A stretch of 58,021 nt of DNA, the filler included, from Streblomastix strix (Eukaryota): NCBI GenBank assembly GCA_008636045.1. It is 3 parts of 3 records of this genome, joined end to end, with 100 filler letters (N's around TTAATTAATTAA, not from the genome) between each part and the next. Parts side by side here need not be neighbours in the genome. Positions count along the whole stretch, not along the records: positions 38,757 to 58,021 come from SNRW01000528.1; 2 more parts are not named here. One strand, written 5' to 3'. Within the stretch, counting starts at the first letter, position 1; each line of letters opens with the position of its first letter. The position numbers and the translations under genes were made by a program. Below the pieces are notes generated by a model. It saw only the letters and a list, made by a program, of their open reading frames with translations, was not told where the DNA came from and ran no database searches. Below, piece by piece: positions 57,698 to 58,021 of the stretch.

Positions 57698-58021
57698 GTT
57701 TTTGCATAAAGCAATTTATAGCCAAAATGCAAAAATTTGTAAGAAAAAAAAATTATTTTTTAGCCCCCCTTTTTTATTTTTTGTTTTTTATTTTTAGGCA
57801 TTTTGGTATATCTAGGAGATGGAATTTTTATATAATTTTTACTAATATACATTTTCCACAAAAAATCAATTTTTCATTTTTGTGCATGAATATAGCAAAT
57901 TATCATATATAAAATTAATGTAAAAATAAATTACATAGTTTATAGATGATAAAGCGTTCAAAGTTGATAAAATTAAATTAGTGGATTTCATTAAGAATTT
58001 GAATTATGTATTTAAAAAGCA

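Overview
AT-rich eukaryotic DNA that uses TAA/TAG = Gln with TGA as the only stop, so the supplied standard-code ORF track fragments almost every gene. The code, the short GT-AG introns and the gene families fit an oxymonad such as Streblomastix strix (inference). The window is three probably unlinked contigs (19283, 19273 and 19265 bp) joined by artificial N44-TTAATTAATTAA-N44 spacers. Contig 1 holds pogo-type transposase relics and two decayed, diverged Polinton/Maverick-like segments fused tail-to-tail. Each has a protein-primed PolB with an embedded endonuclease-VII-like domain, and both carry tiny, mostly frame-preserving double-hairpin insertions. Contig 2 holds a largely intact endogenous Polinton-like virus: packaging ATPase, fibre-like protein, adenovirus-pVI-like amphipathic peptide, HNH nuclease, putative major capsid protein and an intact pPolB. 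These are followed by a 443-bp element with AGTAGT-ended inverted repeats, a dead primase-helicase and a truncated DIRS retrotransposon. Contig 3 holds host genes (TmcB-like, ARM-repeat, degenerate kinase), a hAT-like MITE, a tRNA-like relic, and a DENN-domain gene fused in frame to a bacterial-type GlmU whose uridyltransferase motifs are eroded while the acetyltransferase motifs are intact. All translations and alignments were done by eye; no searches were run.
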